Below are positions 38,836 through 48,272 of a stretch of 64,000 bases of DNA, in pieces; the stretch's first letter is position 1; each line of letters begins with the position of its first letter. Source of the DNA: Candidatus Bilamarchaeaceae archaeon (GTDB lineage Archaea; Micrarchaeota; Micrarchaeia; Anstonellales; Bilamarchaeaceae); the NCBI GenBank assembly GCA_038870635.1, contig JAVZJR010000001.1:10698-74697 (forward strand), read 5' to 3'. Under the pieces are notes generated by a model. The model saw only the letters and a program-made list of their open reading frames with translations. It did no database searches and had not been told where the DNA came from. Both the position numbers and the translations under genes were made by a program.

Positions 38836-40373
38836 TATTCACACCTCGCTCCACCATTATTGCAACTTACTGTATCAGCTCCATACTCCTTTACAGAATC
38901 TTCACTTAAACCAAATTTTCCTGTTGAAGGATCACTACTGCATATTCCTTCACTCTTACAACCTGTTTCGCCTCGAACAAGCACTGTGGTATCGCTTTTT
39001 CCAAACATCTCGCGATCAAGCGCGCTTCCTTTTGTAAAATCAAATGTATTCTCTCCGCTTGCGTACTCACCTATAATAAATGTTTCAATACCATAAGTGC
39101 TGTTAAGCGAATAAGCATCTCTAAAAAATCTTTGTAAATAGGATGGTGCTTTGTCGCTTAAAACATAATAACCACACATCGTAAAGTCTCGCAATTTCTC
39201 TATGTCAAAAACACCAGCGCCATCTTTTTTATATTTTAATTCAGGATTATTAGAAACTTCAAATGGAGAAGCACCTCCAATAATTAAAGCGCATAGTGAT
39301 TCTTTTTTCTCAACTAAATTATAGCAAGTCGGTAAAGAAATAGAAGAAGAAACAATAACAAATGGTTTCGAAGTTCGGGTGGCGTCATCTATAGAAGGTT
39401 CGCACTTAGCGCCTTCGTATTTTATTGCGTTGAAAGTATCTTTTTCACTTGTTTTAGTAGTGCCAGCAACAGTACACGTTCCCGCAGACGAAGGAGTATT
39501 TGTTACCATATAAGCACTGAAATTCTCGTATCCCTCAAAATTTACTATTTCATTATAACTTCCCTTCAAAATATATAGATGTCTGTATTGAGAGGGTATT
39601 AAAGATGCATCATTAACATTAACAACATATCCATAAAACCAACCTTGGCCCCCTCTAACATCAGCAATTTTACTTGCGCTCATATCGCTTGGGCTTGAAT
39701 AAGGACCAAAAAAGAACCTCCTGTAAATCTTTGTTCCTTTCTTTCCGCTTTCTCTTGCTATTGCCGGATCAATATAGCCAGTGATGTTAACAAAACCTTT
39801 CACATCATAATCGCGAGTTAGCGTTGTAGTACCTGTTTTATCACGCATACTCAAAGACATTTTTATTGAGTAGTTTAAACCATCAAATCTTTCTTGCCAA
39901 ACCTTAAAATCAGAAACAACAAAATTATCAATAAAAACGCCGGTGCCTTCAAGCGAGCGATTGAGTGCCATTACCCAACCACCAAAAGATGATTGTGGTT
40001 TTGAAAATGAGATGGCACCATCGAAATTGGTTTCAGATGGAGTCCCATTTACAAAGTATTCATTAATCGCTTTTTTAACATATTTCTCCCTATCCCCCTC
40101 TGGACCCTTTTTTAAAGGAGTATCAATGGATACTATACTGAGATCGTATACTGCTCTTTGCATTACCATATCTGCAACCTTACCTACTTTTTCAGGTGAG
40201 AGTTCAGTAACTGCAAGTTCCACATTTGACTCCTTGTATATTTCTGCGTATGCTTTTTCAGATGTTTCTAATCCCTTCACCCAAACACTCAAAGACATAA
40301 TTATGTATGAAAGAATAAGAAAAACTGAAAGAACGAAAAAAAATCCTTTTCTGTCTTTTGTCATCATAATCAC
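38835..40373 (-). CDS. Large class III signal-peptide protein (possible tip adhesin/minor pilin)
   Basis: RKG/FFFVLSVFLIL then ~480-aa Ser/Gly/Tyr-rich extracellular region with C-terminal cysteines. Confidence 0.7.
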   Translation of the reverse strand: MIMMTKDRKGFFFVLSVFLILSYIIMSLSVWVKGLETSEKAYAEIYKESNVELAVTELSPEKVGKVADMVMQRAVYDLSIVSIDTPLKKGPEGDREKYVKKAINEYFVNGTPSETNFDGAISFSKPQSSFGGWVMALNRSLEGTGVFIDNFVVSDFKVWQERFDGLNYSIKMSLSMRDKTGTTTLTRDYDVKGFVNITGYIDPAIARESGKKGTKIYRRFFFGPYSSPSDMSASKIADVRGGQGWFYGYVVNVNDASLIPSQYRHLYILKGSYNEIVNFEGYENFSAYMVTNTPSSAGTCTVAGTTKTSEKDTFNAIKYEGAKCEPSIDDATRTSKPFVIVSSSISLPTCYNLVEKKESLCALIIGGASPFEVSNNPELKYKKDGAGVFDIEKLRDFTMCGYYVLSDKAPSYLQRFFRDAYSLNSTYGIETFIIGEYASGENTFDFTKGSALDREMFGKSDTTVLVRGETGCKSEGICSSDPSTGKFGLSEDSVKEYGADTVSCNNGGARCE

Positions 40374-40982
40374 CTATATAAAAACTGTAAGACGAACAAG
40401 TGTGGAATTAACCGCAGGTGCAATCTTAGAATCATCTGGAGGCAAAAGCTCGGCATTACCACAAGTGATAACTCTTTTTTCAGATGCACCAATGTCCTTG
40501 CAACTATTATATAGGTAGGGGTTACCAGTCTGGTATAAATAATCGCTTTGACTAAACAAACCTATATTTGTTATTGTAGTAGATGCTTGGAGTTTCTTCA
40601 TTGATTTTGCATGAGGATCACTTGCAACTAAAGAAGTATCATATATAACAACCCATTCATCTCCAGATTTCTTTTCTAATTTATAACCAAATTGATTAGG
40701 AATAGATTTTCCAATACTTTGCTGGACCACGCTATTAATTATCGGTGAAGAAGAATCAGCAGAAACTATCAAGTCAAGTACAGAACCACTGCAATCTTTT
40801 ATGAGCACGCTACATGGAGTTGAAGCCGACGAAATTAAAGCATCACGCGAAAGGTAGTGTGCCTGTGTAAGGACAAAGTAGTAAGCAGATGGAACACTTG
40901 AAAAGAATATCAATGTGTAGACTGCAACAAGAGCCAATATAAATGCCACAAAAGCATCTAAAGAAAAAATAAAACCTCTCAT
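40374..40982 (-). CDS. Class III signal-peptide (pilin-like) protein
   Basis: MRG/FIFSLDAFVAFILAL. Confidence 0.8.
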   Translation of the reverse strand: MRGFIFSLDAFVAFILALVAVYTLIFFSSVPSAYYFVLTQAHYLSRDALISSASTPCSVLIKDCSGSVLDLIVSADSSSPIINSVVQQSIGKSIPNQFGYKLEKKSGDEWVVIYDTSLVASDPHAKSMKKLQASTTITNIGLFSQSDYLYQTGNPYLYNSCKDIGASEKRVITCGNAELLPPDDSKIAPAVNSTLVRLTVFI

Positions 40983-41191
40983 GAAATTACTTTGTTATGC
41001 ACCTTTTAAAAATCCTGCGTATTCCTAAAAATTTTGCGATTAACTCTGAATAATATTTAATCTTAGTTTGGAAAACATACTAAAAGTACAAAAAGATATA
41101 AAAAACATATAAAAAAACACAAAATTTATATATAATAAGAGTAATATATCACTAATGCTAATAGCAGAATTAAGTATATTAGAATTAAAAA

Positions 41192-41701
41192 ATGGGGCGG
41201 GAAGATATGCCAAAGGGATATGATGATTTAGATATTGCGATAATGAGAGAGTTGCGGGATAATGCTAAAATATCATACAAGAAACTTGCAGAAAAACTAA
41301 AAACCCATCCAAACACTTTAATGCAAAGAATAAAAAAATTAGAAAAAGATGGAGTCATAAGAAAATACAGCGTAGACATAGATTATCGCAAAATCGGCCT
41401 TGGTTTAAGAGCAATTATTTTACTTAGAATAAAAGGAATAAATATAGTAAAAGCAAAAGAAGAAGGCGAAACAGATTTTAGTGCGATACTTAAAATGCCG
41501 CAAGTTGTTTCGCTATACGGAATAACCGGCCCATACGACGCAATAGTTTTGGTAGAAGTAAAAGACATAAAAGATTTAACCGAGACAATAGGAAAGATAC
41601 AAAGCACTCCTGGAGTTACAAGAACGTCAACTTTCATCATCCTAACTACATATAAACACAGTACAGATTATAATCCTTTTAAATATGAAGGAAACAGATG
41701 A
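41192..41701 (+). CDS. Lrp/AsnC transcriptional regulator
   Basis: DDLDIAIMREL..NAKISY..LAE, RIKKLEKDGVI, ITGPYD. Confidence 0.93.
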   Translation: MGREDMPKGYDDLDIAIMRELRDNAKISYKKLAEKLKTHPNTLMQRIKKLEKDGVIRKYSVDIDYRKIGLGLRAIILLRIKGINIVKAKEEGETDFSAILKMPQVVSLYGITGPYDAIVLVEVKDIKDLTETIGKIQSTPGVTRTSTFIILTTYKHSTDYNPFKYEGNR

Positions 41702-42667
41702 CTAAGTTTTAATTTCATTTTCTTTTTTCTCAGATTCTCGATAAATCTTCTCTGCAGTTCTTAGAAATACGCTATGAACATCATCAATTGGCGTTGTACC
41801 TTCGCCCACAATAACAAGACGACCGTTTCTTATCCTCTTTATTTCAGTTTCTGTTTCATTTTTACCGAAAGGATCAAACAGTGTCTTAAAAAGTAGAGCA
41901 ACCAAAGGATCGCTTTCACTTTCTAAAGTAAATCTCGATGGGTCTTCACCTATGACAATCATTCTTCCTCCTATTTTAAGATAATCGTGCAGAATTGTTA
42001 AAACTTTGTTTTTTGCCTCTATTCCACGGATAACATCCAAAACTTGAGAAACAATAGCAACATCAACAGAATTAAGTGAAAGATTTATTTGTTGGCGTTT
42101 ATTATCATCTAAAAAATCAACAGAAAAAGAAAACAAGTCAACAATAACTAGATTATCGTCCTTATGATTTAATAGTTTTAATCTTTTTTTAGCAAGTGCA
42201 ATCATATTCTCGGCGATGTCATTTATGTACAAGACAACCTCTAATTTTCTTTTTGTTTTTTCATAATAATAATTTGCCATTGTTTTGAGGAGGTTTATGG
42301 TGACATCACCGTTGCCTACAAATGGCTCAAAAACAATTAAAGGAGAATTTTTGTTGTTGAGGGCCCTCTTTTTATCTAAAAAGTAGGATGGGAAAAAAGA
42401 ATCGACCTCTTTTCCTAAAAGAATTTTTATAGCATTCGTATGTTTTTGCATCATTTTTCCATAAGCATCGTCTACCGCCCATAGATTAAAAAGTAAACGG
42501 GCGCGCTCAGAGATATCAAGTTCCTTTAGGCTCTTAGTTATTTCCTCCTCTTTTCTTTTTACTCTTTTGAAATCTTTGTGCCATTTTAGTATCTCGTCTT
42601 TTAATTTTTTGCTCCTTATATTTTTTTCTTGGTCTTGATTAAAAATCTGTGACAGAATCATAAGCAT
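41702..42667 (-). CDS. Class I SAM-dependent methyltransferase-like protein
   Basis: VFEPFVGNG, INDIAENMI.LAKKR, DVAIVSQVL, LKIGGRMIV. Confidence 0.7.
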   Translation of the reverse strand: MLMILSQIFNQDQEKNIRSKKLKDEILKWHKDFKRVKRKEEEITKSLKELDISERARLLFNLWAVDDAYGKMMQKHTNAIKILLGKEVDSFFPSYFLDKKRALNNKNSPLIVFEPFVGNGDVTINLLKTMANYYYEKTKRKLEVVLYINDIAENMIALAKKRLKLLNHKDDNLVIVDLFSFSVDFLDDNKRQQINLSLNSVDVAIVSQVLDVIRGIEAKNKVLTILHDYLKIGGRMIVIGEDPSRFTLESESDPLVALLFKTLFDPFGKNETETEIKRIRNGRLVIVGEGTTPIDDVHSVFLRTAEKIYRESEKKENEIKT

Positions 42668-42802
42668 CTAATTTATTTATTGCAAGAAGCCTTTTTAAAT
42701 CCTACCATAAGATTATACGTCTAACGACGCATAAAATATTATAACTCTCAAACTTCTAATATTATTACGACGAAAAATAAAAAAATATGCAATTGTTTTA
42801 AA

Positions 42803-44020
42803 ATGCTTGCAATAAAAAATTTTGGTATGACTTCTTTTGAAAAATTTTTAGGTTCAAGCACAATATTCCAAAACATATCTGTTCTATCCCCGCATTATAT
42901 ACCTAAGACCCTTCCCTACAGAGAGAAACTAATGGAAGAAATAATGATGCATATTGCTCCAACTCTTAAAAACCAAAGAAGTAGGAATATATTAATATAT
43001 GGAAAAACCGGAACAGGAAAGACATGCTCAATAAAAAAAATAATGGAAGAATTTGAACGAATACCAAGTAAAACAAAGATGCATTATCTTAATTGCCGGG
43101 TGTATAATTCAAAGTACAGAGTTCTCCAAAAAATTATGAAAGAATACTATCCTGAATTAGAGAAAGCAGGTTTTGGTTTACCTTTTATATATGAAAAACT
43201 AATAGAAACAATGAAACAAAATGCGTATATTATAACGGTGTTGGATGAAATTGATATGGTAAAGGACCTTGACGATTTAATATATACGCTCACACGTGCA
43301 AATGACGAAGCAGGTAATGGTGGTATAAGTATAATAGGTATATCCAACAAATTATCATTCAAAGAAAACCTTGACCCTCGTAGTAAAAGTAGTCTTAATG
43401 AGATAGAAATCGTCTTTCCTCCATATACGTCAGAACAACTTCAGAAGATATTAGAACAAAGAGTAAACGAAGGTTTTAAACCAGGTGTGGTGCAACAATC
43501 AGCAATAAATCTCGCTGCTGCCATAACCGCCCAGGAAAGTGGTGATGCAAGATACGCTCTTAAACTTTTAATGCGAGCTGGGGAGATTGCAGAAAAACAA
43601 CAAAAAACCATCGTTGACGATAGTGATGTTGAAGAAGCAAGAAAACAAGTAGAAACTGACCTAATATCAGAAGTTGTAAATACTTTACCAGAAATGCATA
43701 AGATAACGCTCTATGCGATAGCGAAACTTTCGCTTAATGGAAGTAAGTATTCAAGATTGGATGGTATAAGCGAAGGTTTTCTGATGTCAGGCGAGGTTTA
43801 TGAAGAATATGAATATTGCTGCAAAAGATTACATAAAAAACCACGAAGCCTCAGATGGTATAAAGAATACCTTAATGATTTAGAAATGCTTGGCTTAATA
43901 ATAACCACACCAAGCAGCAAAGGAATAAGAGGACAAACGACGTTGATAAAACTTGGACACCCTGCAGAAAGCGTACATAAAATAACAAAAAGCGTTTTAT
44001 TCGATGGTGAAGGTGAATGA
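42803..44020 (+). CDS. cdc6: Orc1/Cdc6 replication initiator (start may be 42827)
   Basis: YIP..LP.RE, GKTGTGKT, VLDEID, LDPR.KS, FPPY, GDAR.AL, C-terminal wHTH. Confidence 0.95.
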   Translation: MLAIKNFGMTSFEKFLGSSTIFQNISVLSPHYIPKTLPYREKLMEEIMMHIAPTLKNQRSRNILIYGKTGTGKTCSIKKIMEEFERIPSKTKMHYLNCRVYNSKYRVLQKIMKEYYPELEKAGFGLPFIYEKLIETMKQNAYIITVLDEIDMVKDLDDLIYTLTRANDEAGNGGISIIGISNKLSFKENLDPRSKSSLNEIEIVFPPYTSEQLQKILEQRVNEGFKPGVVQQSAINLAAAITAQESGDARYALKLLMRAGEIAEKQQKTIVDDSDVEEARKQVETDLISEVVNTLPEMHKITLYAIAKLSLNGSKYSRLDGISEGFLMSGEVYEEYEYCCKRLHKKPRSLRWYKEYLNDLEMLGLIITTPSSKGIRGQTTLIKLGHPAESVHKITKSVLFDGEGE

Positions 44021-44751
44021 AAATAAAACTAATAAAAAAGAGCGATAGGTATTTTATCGAGTTGCCAAAAGAATTCGGAATTTACGATGAGCTGGAACTT
44101 TTCAAACTCAAAGAAGGATTTTATCTTATGACAATACCTTTAGAGAGCCAAGTGCAAAAAGAAGAAAAGAAAAAAGAAAATGAAGAGTATAAAGTTAGTG
44201 AAGAGGAAAAAGCGCTCATACAAAAACTTCTCAAGATAAGATTCGAAGAGAGAACACCAGCGTATGTAAGCAGAATATTAAACCAAAAAGAAAAAGAAAT
44301 TTTACGTGAATTAGAAAACAAGAGATTTGTCAATGTCTATAAAGGAGAAAAATACAAACAAGGAGTATACAACATAAACGACCGCGTTTATTCTGTGATT
44401 TATACTCAACAAAATAAACCAAAAAACAAAGAAGATGATTTATTTAAAAATGGTTATTTAGTAGCAAGTGAAAAAGAAGCGCTCGCACTTCTTGAAAAAA
44501 TAAAAGAACAGATAAAAAAAGGGGAGATAAGAGGAATGAAAGGATTCGATGGAAATTATTACATAATAACCTTAAAACTTTACAATGAACTTTCAAGAAA
44601 AATCTTGAAAACACTTGATAAGGAGAAAGAAATAAGCGAAATAGCAAAAACAGTTAAGGTAGAGGAAGAAGCAGTCCGCGCAGTGCTGCACTTCTTAGCT
44701 GAGGCAGGAGAGGTAATAGAAAAAAGAAAGAATGTTTATGTTGCAGTTTAA
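44017..44751 (+). CDS. Hypothetical protein, AbrB-like N-terminus and wHTH-like C-terminus, coupled to cdc6
   Basis: ATGA overlap with cdc6 stop; YFIELPKEF; ISEIAKTV...VRAVLHFLAEAGEVIE. Confidence 0.6.
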   Translation: MKIKLIKKSDRYFIELPKEFGIYDELELFKLKEGFYLMTIPLESQVQKEEKKKENEEYKVSEEEKALIQKLLKIRFEERTPAYVSRILNQKEKEILRELENKRFVNVYKGEKYKQGVYNINDRVYSVIYTQQNKPKNKEDDLFKNGYLVASEKEALALLEKIKEQIKKGEIRGMKGFDGNYYIITLKLYNELSRKILKTLDKEKEISEIAKTVKVEEEAVRAVLHFLAEAGEVIEKRKNVYVAV

Positions 44752-44766
44752 ATAGATACTAAGCGG

Positions 44767-45696
44767 CTAAGAGGATAATAGTCTTAGCATGTTTACCCCA
44801 ACACCGCCAAAAATAAAAATAGATATATATAGAAAATAGAAAAGAACCACAACCATTATTGCTGTTAGAAATAAAATAGCTATAGAACCTACTGTAGATA
44901 TAATAGCACGATTTTGCGATAAGTTGTGGATGTGTTTTATCCCACGATATCTATAATAGAGCATAACTAAAAATATTAACAAACTAACTGCTTCGACAAG
45001 CGGCCCTAAACAATATCCGATTAAAACAGCACGAATTAAGTGGATAGGTATTAAAAAAATAAACATGCTTGCGGTAGATGATAAAAGAACAGACATGGTG
45101 TCCTTAAAACTTCCATTACCACCCAGTATTTTTGAGAATAAATAGTAAATGGTAGTTTCAAAAAGTAAACCTACAGCAGTAAGAATTAAAACCAAAAGAA
45201 TAATAGTTATAAAAATTAAAATAAATCCAACTACGCCACTTGCTAAAGTGAATACGACGCCCGTGCCCCCAATTATAGTTTTTAACAGTCCTCCAAATAA
45301 TACAGAAAAAAAAGCTGTAAGAATACCACCATAAAACACAAAAACTAATAAAAAAGGCCAGCCACCGATTAAACTAAAAATAAAAGATAAAAAGGTAAGC
45401 ATCCACATGTCAATTATATTTTTTATTATTCCCCTTCCTTTTTTAGATTCTTCGTCTAAAACTTCCTCACATTTCCCGTCTGCAAATTTAATCCAGGTCG
45501 CAACAGAAGAATATGGAATAAAATTAACTATCTTAAAGCAAAAGTTCTTATATTCTCTTACTATTTCAAATATATCAGAAAAAGAACTGTTGGAAGTTGT
45601 AACGGTAGTTGAAGATTGCTCGGGTTTTTTACTTTCTTCCTTAATTTCATTTTTAGCTGAACGGAGTACTGTCTTTTTTTGTGATTCTGTTGCCAT
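44767..45696 (-). CDS. Yip1-like multi-pass membrane protein
   Basis: SKILGGNGSFKDT, YRGIKHIHNLSQNRAI; several TM helices. Confidence 0.75.
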   Translation of the reverse strand: MATESQKKTVLRSAKNEIKEESKKPEQSSTTVTTSNSSFSDIFEIVREYKNFCFKIVNFIPYSSVATWIKFADGKCEEVLDEESKKGRGIIKNIIDMWMLTFLSFIFSLIGGWPFLLVFVFYGGILTAFFSVLFGGLLKTIIGGTGVVFTLASGVVGFILIFITIILLVLILTAVGLLFETTIYYLFSKILGGNGSFKDTMSVLLSSTASMFIFLIPIHLIRAVLIGYCLGPLVEAVSLLIFLVMLYYRYRGIKHIHNLSQNRAIISTVGSIAILFLTAIMVVVLFYFLYISIFIFGGVGVNMLRLLSS

Positions 45697-45757
45697 AAGG
45701 GAAAAATATAAAGAAGCATTTAAAAAAGTAAGTAGGGGAATAGGTAAGCGTATCATT

Positions 45758-46882
45758 ATGATAGTAAAAGACAATATCTACGGAACTATCGAATTTGACG
45801 AATTAGAAGAAAGAATAATAAACACCCCAGAATTCCAGAGATTGAGAAGAATAAAGCAAATGTCAATAACTAATCTAGTTTATCCTGGTGCAAACCACAC
45901 CCGTTTTGAACATTCTCTTGGAACGGCACACCTTGCTGAAAAAATCGCGGAGAAATTAGTGGACAACATAGAAGAACGCAAAATGATAAAACTTTATGCC
46001 CTTCTTCACGACATTGGCCATGTAGCATTTTCTCATGAAGGAGAAGACGTACTAAAGAGATACTTAGGAGACCATGAAAAAATAGCAAAAGACATTATAC
46101 TCAAGACACAAATAGCAGACATAATCAACGAAAATTTTAACGTTAAAAAAATATTAGAAATAGAAGAAAAAGGGATTGGCGCAATAGTAGATGGAGATAT
46201 AGGTGCAGATAGAATGGATTATCTTAAAAGAGATGCGTTAAACACCGGCGTTGCTTATGGTATAATAGATATAGATAGATTAGTACACACCACACGATTA
46301 GTAAAAAATGAGATGTGCATTACAGAAGGTGGCTTAGAAGCAGCAGAATGGCTTTTGGTTGCGCGATTTATGATGTTCTCTGCTGTTTATTTGCATAAAA
46401 CAGTTAGAATAGCTACAGTGATGGTTCATAAAGCAATAGAACATGCTATAAAAGATAACACGATAAAACCAGAAGAGTTTATATGGATGGGAGATGAATT
46501 TGCTCTTGCGAAAATGCGCGAATCACCAGGCGCACGCGAGTATGTTGATAGAATTATAAAGAGAAGGCTTTACAAGGAAGTAGCAGTTATTAGAGAAAAA
46601 GACATTACAAAAAAAGAAGCAGAAAAATTAGAAAATGAATTAAAAGAAAAATTTGGAATAGACATAATATTTGACTATCCAACACAATTTTTCAAACCAA
46701 TAAAACTTAAAGTCTTAAAGAAAAACAATGCACTTGTTCCAATTTCTAATCTTTCGGATTTAGTTTCATCCCTAAATGAAGCCGAAGAAAAAAGAAAAAA
46801 AATAATGATAATTACAAGTGAAGAAAACAAGAAAAAATATGGCAAAAAAATACAAAAAGAATTGGAAAATTTCTTAAGTTAA
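45758..46882 (+). CDS. HD-domain phosphohydrolase (SAMHD1/dNTPase-like)
   Basis: FQRLRRIKQ, YPGANHTRFEHSLG, LLHDIGH..FSH, DRMDYL.RD, VYLHKT. Confidence 0.92.
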   Translation: MIVKDNIYGTIEFDELEERIINTPEFQRLRRIKQMSITNLVYPGANHTRFEHSLGTAHLAEKIAEKLVDNIEERKMIKLYALLHDIGHVAFSHEGEDVLKRYLGDHEKIAKDIILKTQIADIINENFNVKKILEIEEKGIGAIVDGDIGADRMDYLKRDALNTGVAYGIIDIDRLVHTTRLVKNEMCITEGGLEAAEWLLVARFMMFSAVYLHKTVRIATVMVHKAIEHAIKDNTIKPEEFIWMGDEFALAKMRESPGAREYVDRIIKRRLYKEVAVIREKDITKKEAEKLENELKEKFGIDIIFDYPTQFFKPIKLKVLKKNNALVPISNLSDLVSSLNEAEEKRKKIMIITSEENKKKYGKKIQKELENFLS

Positions 46883-46885
46883 AAA

Positions 46886-47047
46886 TTAATGAATAAAAAA
46901 GCCGGCTATTTTTATAAAAAGAACGAATGCAAAAACTACGACAATCACTGTTTTAGGGTCTATTTCAAAGCCACTTAATTTTACATCAGGTGAAAAACCG
47001 ATTATCCCAGCTGAACCCATTGGCATTGTAACTTTTTCCTGTGCCAT
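46886..47047 (-). CDS. secG: Preprotein translocase subunit Sec61beta
   Basis: Not in ORF track; MAQEKVTMPMGSAGIIGFSPDVKLSGFEIDPKTVIVVVFAFVLFIKIAGFFIH (53 aa; SAG...IDP + TM). Confidence 0.88.
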   Translation of the reverse strand: MAQEKVTMPMGSAGIIGFSPDVKLSGFEIDPKTVIVVVFAFVLFIKIAGFFIH

Positions 47048-47089
47048 GGAAAAATTTTCACTTAGATCATTTTAAAAAGGTTTTGAAAT

Positions 47090-48211
47090 TCAGGAGACAG
47101 TAATCTTACTTTTTTTAAAGGAGAGAACAAAAGGATACAAAAGGAGAAGGAAACCAAGAAAAACAAAAGAGAAACGAACATCACCTAGAGCATAGATAGA
47201 AAGTATTACTACAGAGATTCCAAAAACTCTCCCTACATTTAGAAATATTTCTCTCCCGCTCATCAAAAGCGAAAGATCTCTTTTGTTATCTACTAAAATA
47301 GCAGTAGTAAAAGGCCAAAAAAGAGCAGAGAAAAAATTACGAATTCCACTAAAAGCCGCCCAAGTAATTACATTTGAGTAAAAGAACATCAAGATAGTCG
47401 AAAGCGAAGTCATAACACTAAAAATATTTATGTATAACTTTCTCTTTTTTGTCTTATCCGAAAGATAACTCATAAAAAAAGAAGCTAAAATAGAGAAAAT
47501 GGTTACAAAAGCAATAAAGATGCCTAGATAAAAAGGCTGATCGAGCAATGATAGAGAAACAATAGTACCGCCTGCCAAAACACCAGTTGTTGTTCCTTCT
47601 AAAAAATTCAGCGTTCTAAAACCTTTTGTCTCTTTTATACAGCTGTTTAAATTATTTTTATACTGCTCTTCTTTTAGCAAAAATATTAGAAAAACAACTG
47701 GCAAAAAAAGAAGTGCGCTTATCAGAAAGAAAGAAAAACCGCCCCATCGCTGCAATACTAACCCCCCGACCACTGTTAAAAGAATGCTAAGAAGACCGCT
47801 TACAGAAAAATAGAGCGTGCTAGAAGTAGCGGCGCTATTAACTGCTCCACGAAAGTACAAAATATTAAAAGGCACCCAAAATAAAAAAACAGAAAAACCA
47901 TAAATAAAAAAACTTAAAGCAAGGAGCGGAAATGAAGGTGGAAAAAACAAAATGATGATATAGGAAATCATTGCAGATAATGCTCCGCAACCCATCAACG
48001 CTCTCTTATCCAAAGATGGAGCGAAACTAAAAGCAAATATAGTAAAGAGGGCAGACAATGGCCACATGATATAAGCTAATGAAATATCAAGATTACTTAA
48101 CCCCGCCTCTTTAAAATAAATTAACCAAACACTGCTAAAAACGATTGGCATAAGCCAAAAAACATAAATGAGTATAAGGTTTCTTTGGTTTTGACCACGG
48201 CCTTCGTACAT
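47090..48211 (-). CDS. MFS transporter
   Basis: About 12 TM helices; YLSDKTKKRK loop motif; REIFLNVGR. Confidence 0.8.
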   Translation of the reverse strand: MYEGRGQNQRNLILIYVFWLMPIVFSSVWLIYFKEAGLSNLDISLAYIMWPLSALFTIFAFSFAPSLDKRALMGCGALSAMISYIIILFFPPSFPLLALSFFIYGFSVFLFWVPFNILYFRGAVNSAATSSTLYFSVSGLLSILLTVVGGLVLQRWGGFSFFLISALLFLPVVFLIFLLKEEQYKNNLNSCIKETKGFRTLNFLEGTTTGVLAGGTIVSLSLLDQPFYLGIFIAFVTIFSILASFFMSYLSDKTKKRKLYINIFSVMTSLSTILMFFYSNVITWAAFSGIRNFFSALFWPFTTAILVDNKRDLSLLMSGREIFLNVGRVFGISVVILSIYALGDVRFSFVFLGFLLLLYPFVLSFKKSKITVS

Positions 48212-48272
48212 TCTAATACCTTTTTAATTATTAAAATAGCAAACTTAAAATCCTTTAGGAAGAATAAAACAC

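Noticed and set aside
42668..42802. Replication origin upstream of cdc6
   Set aside because: AT-rich with two ACGACG copies, but no ORB-like TTCCAGTGGAA/G-string repeats visible.
45407..45757. N-terminal extension of the HD protein ORF
   Set aside because: Antisense to the Yip1-like gene; HD homology begins at ATG 45758.
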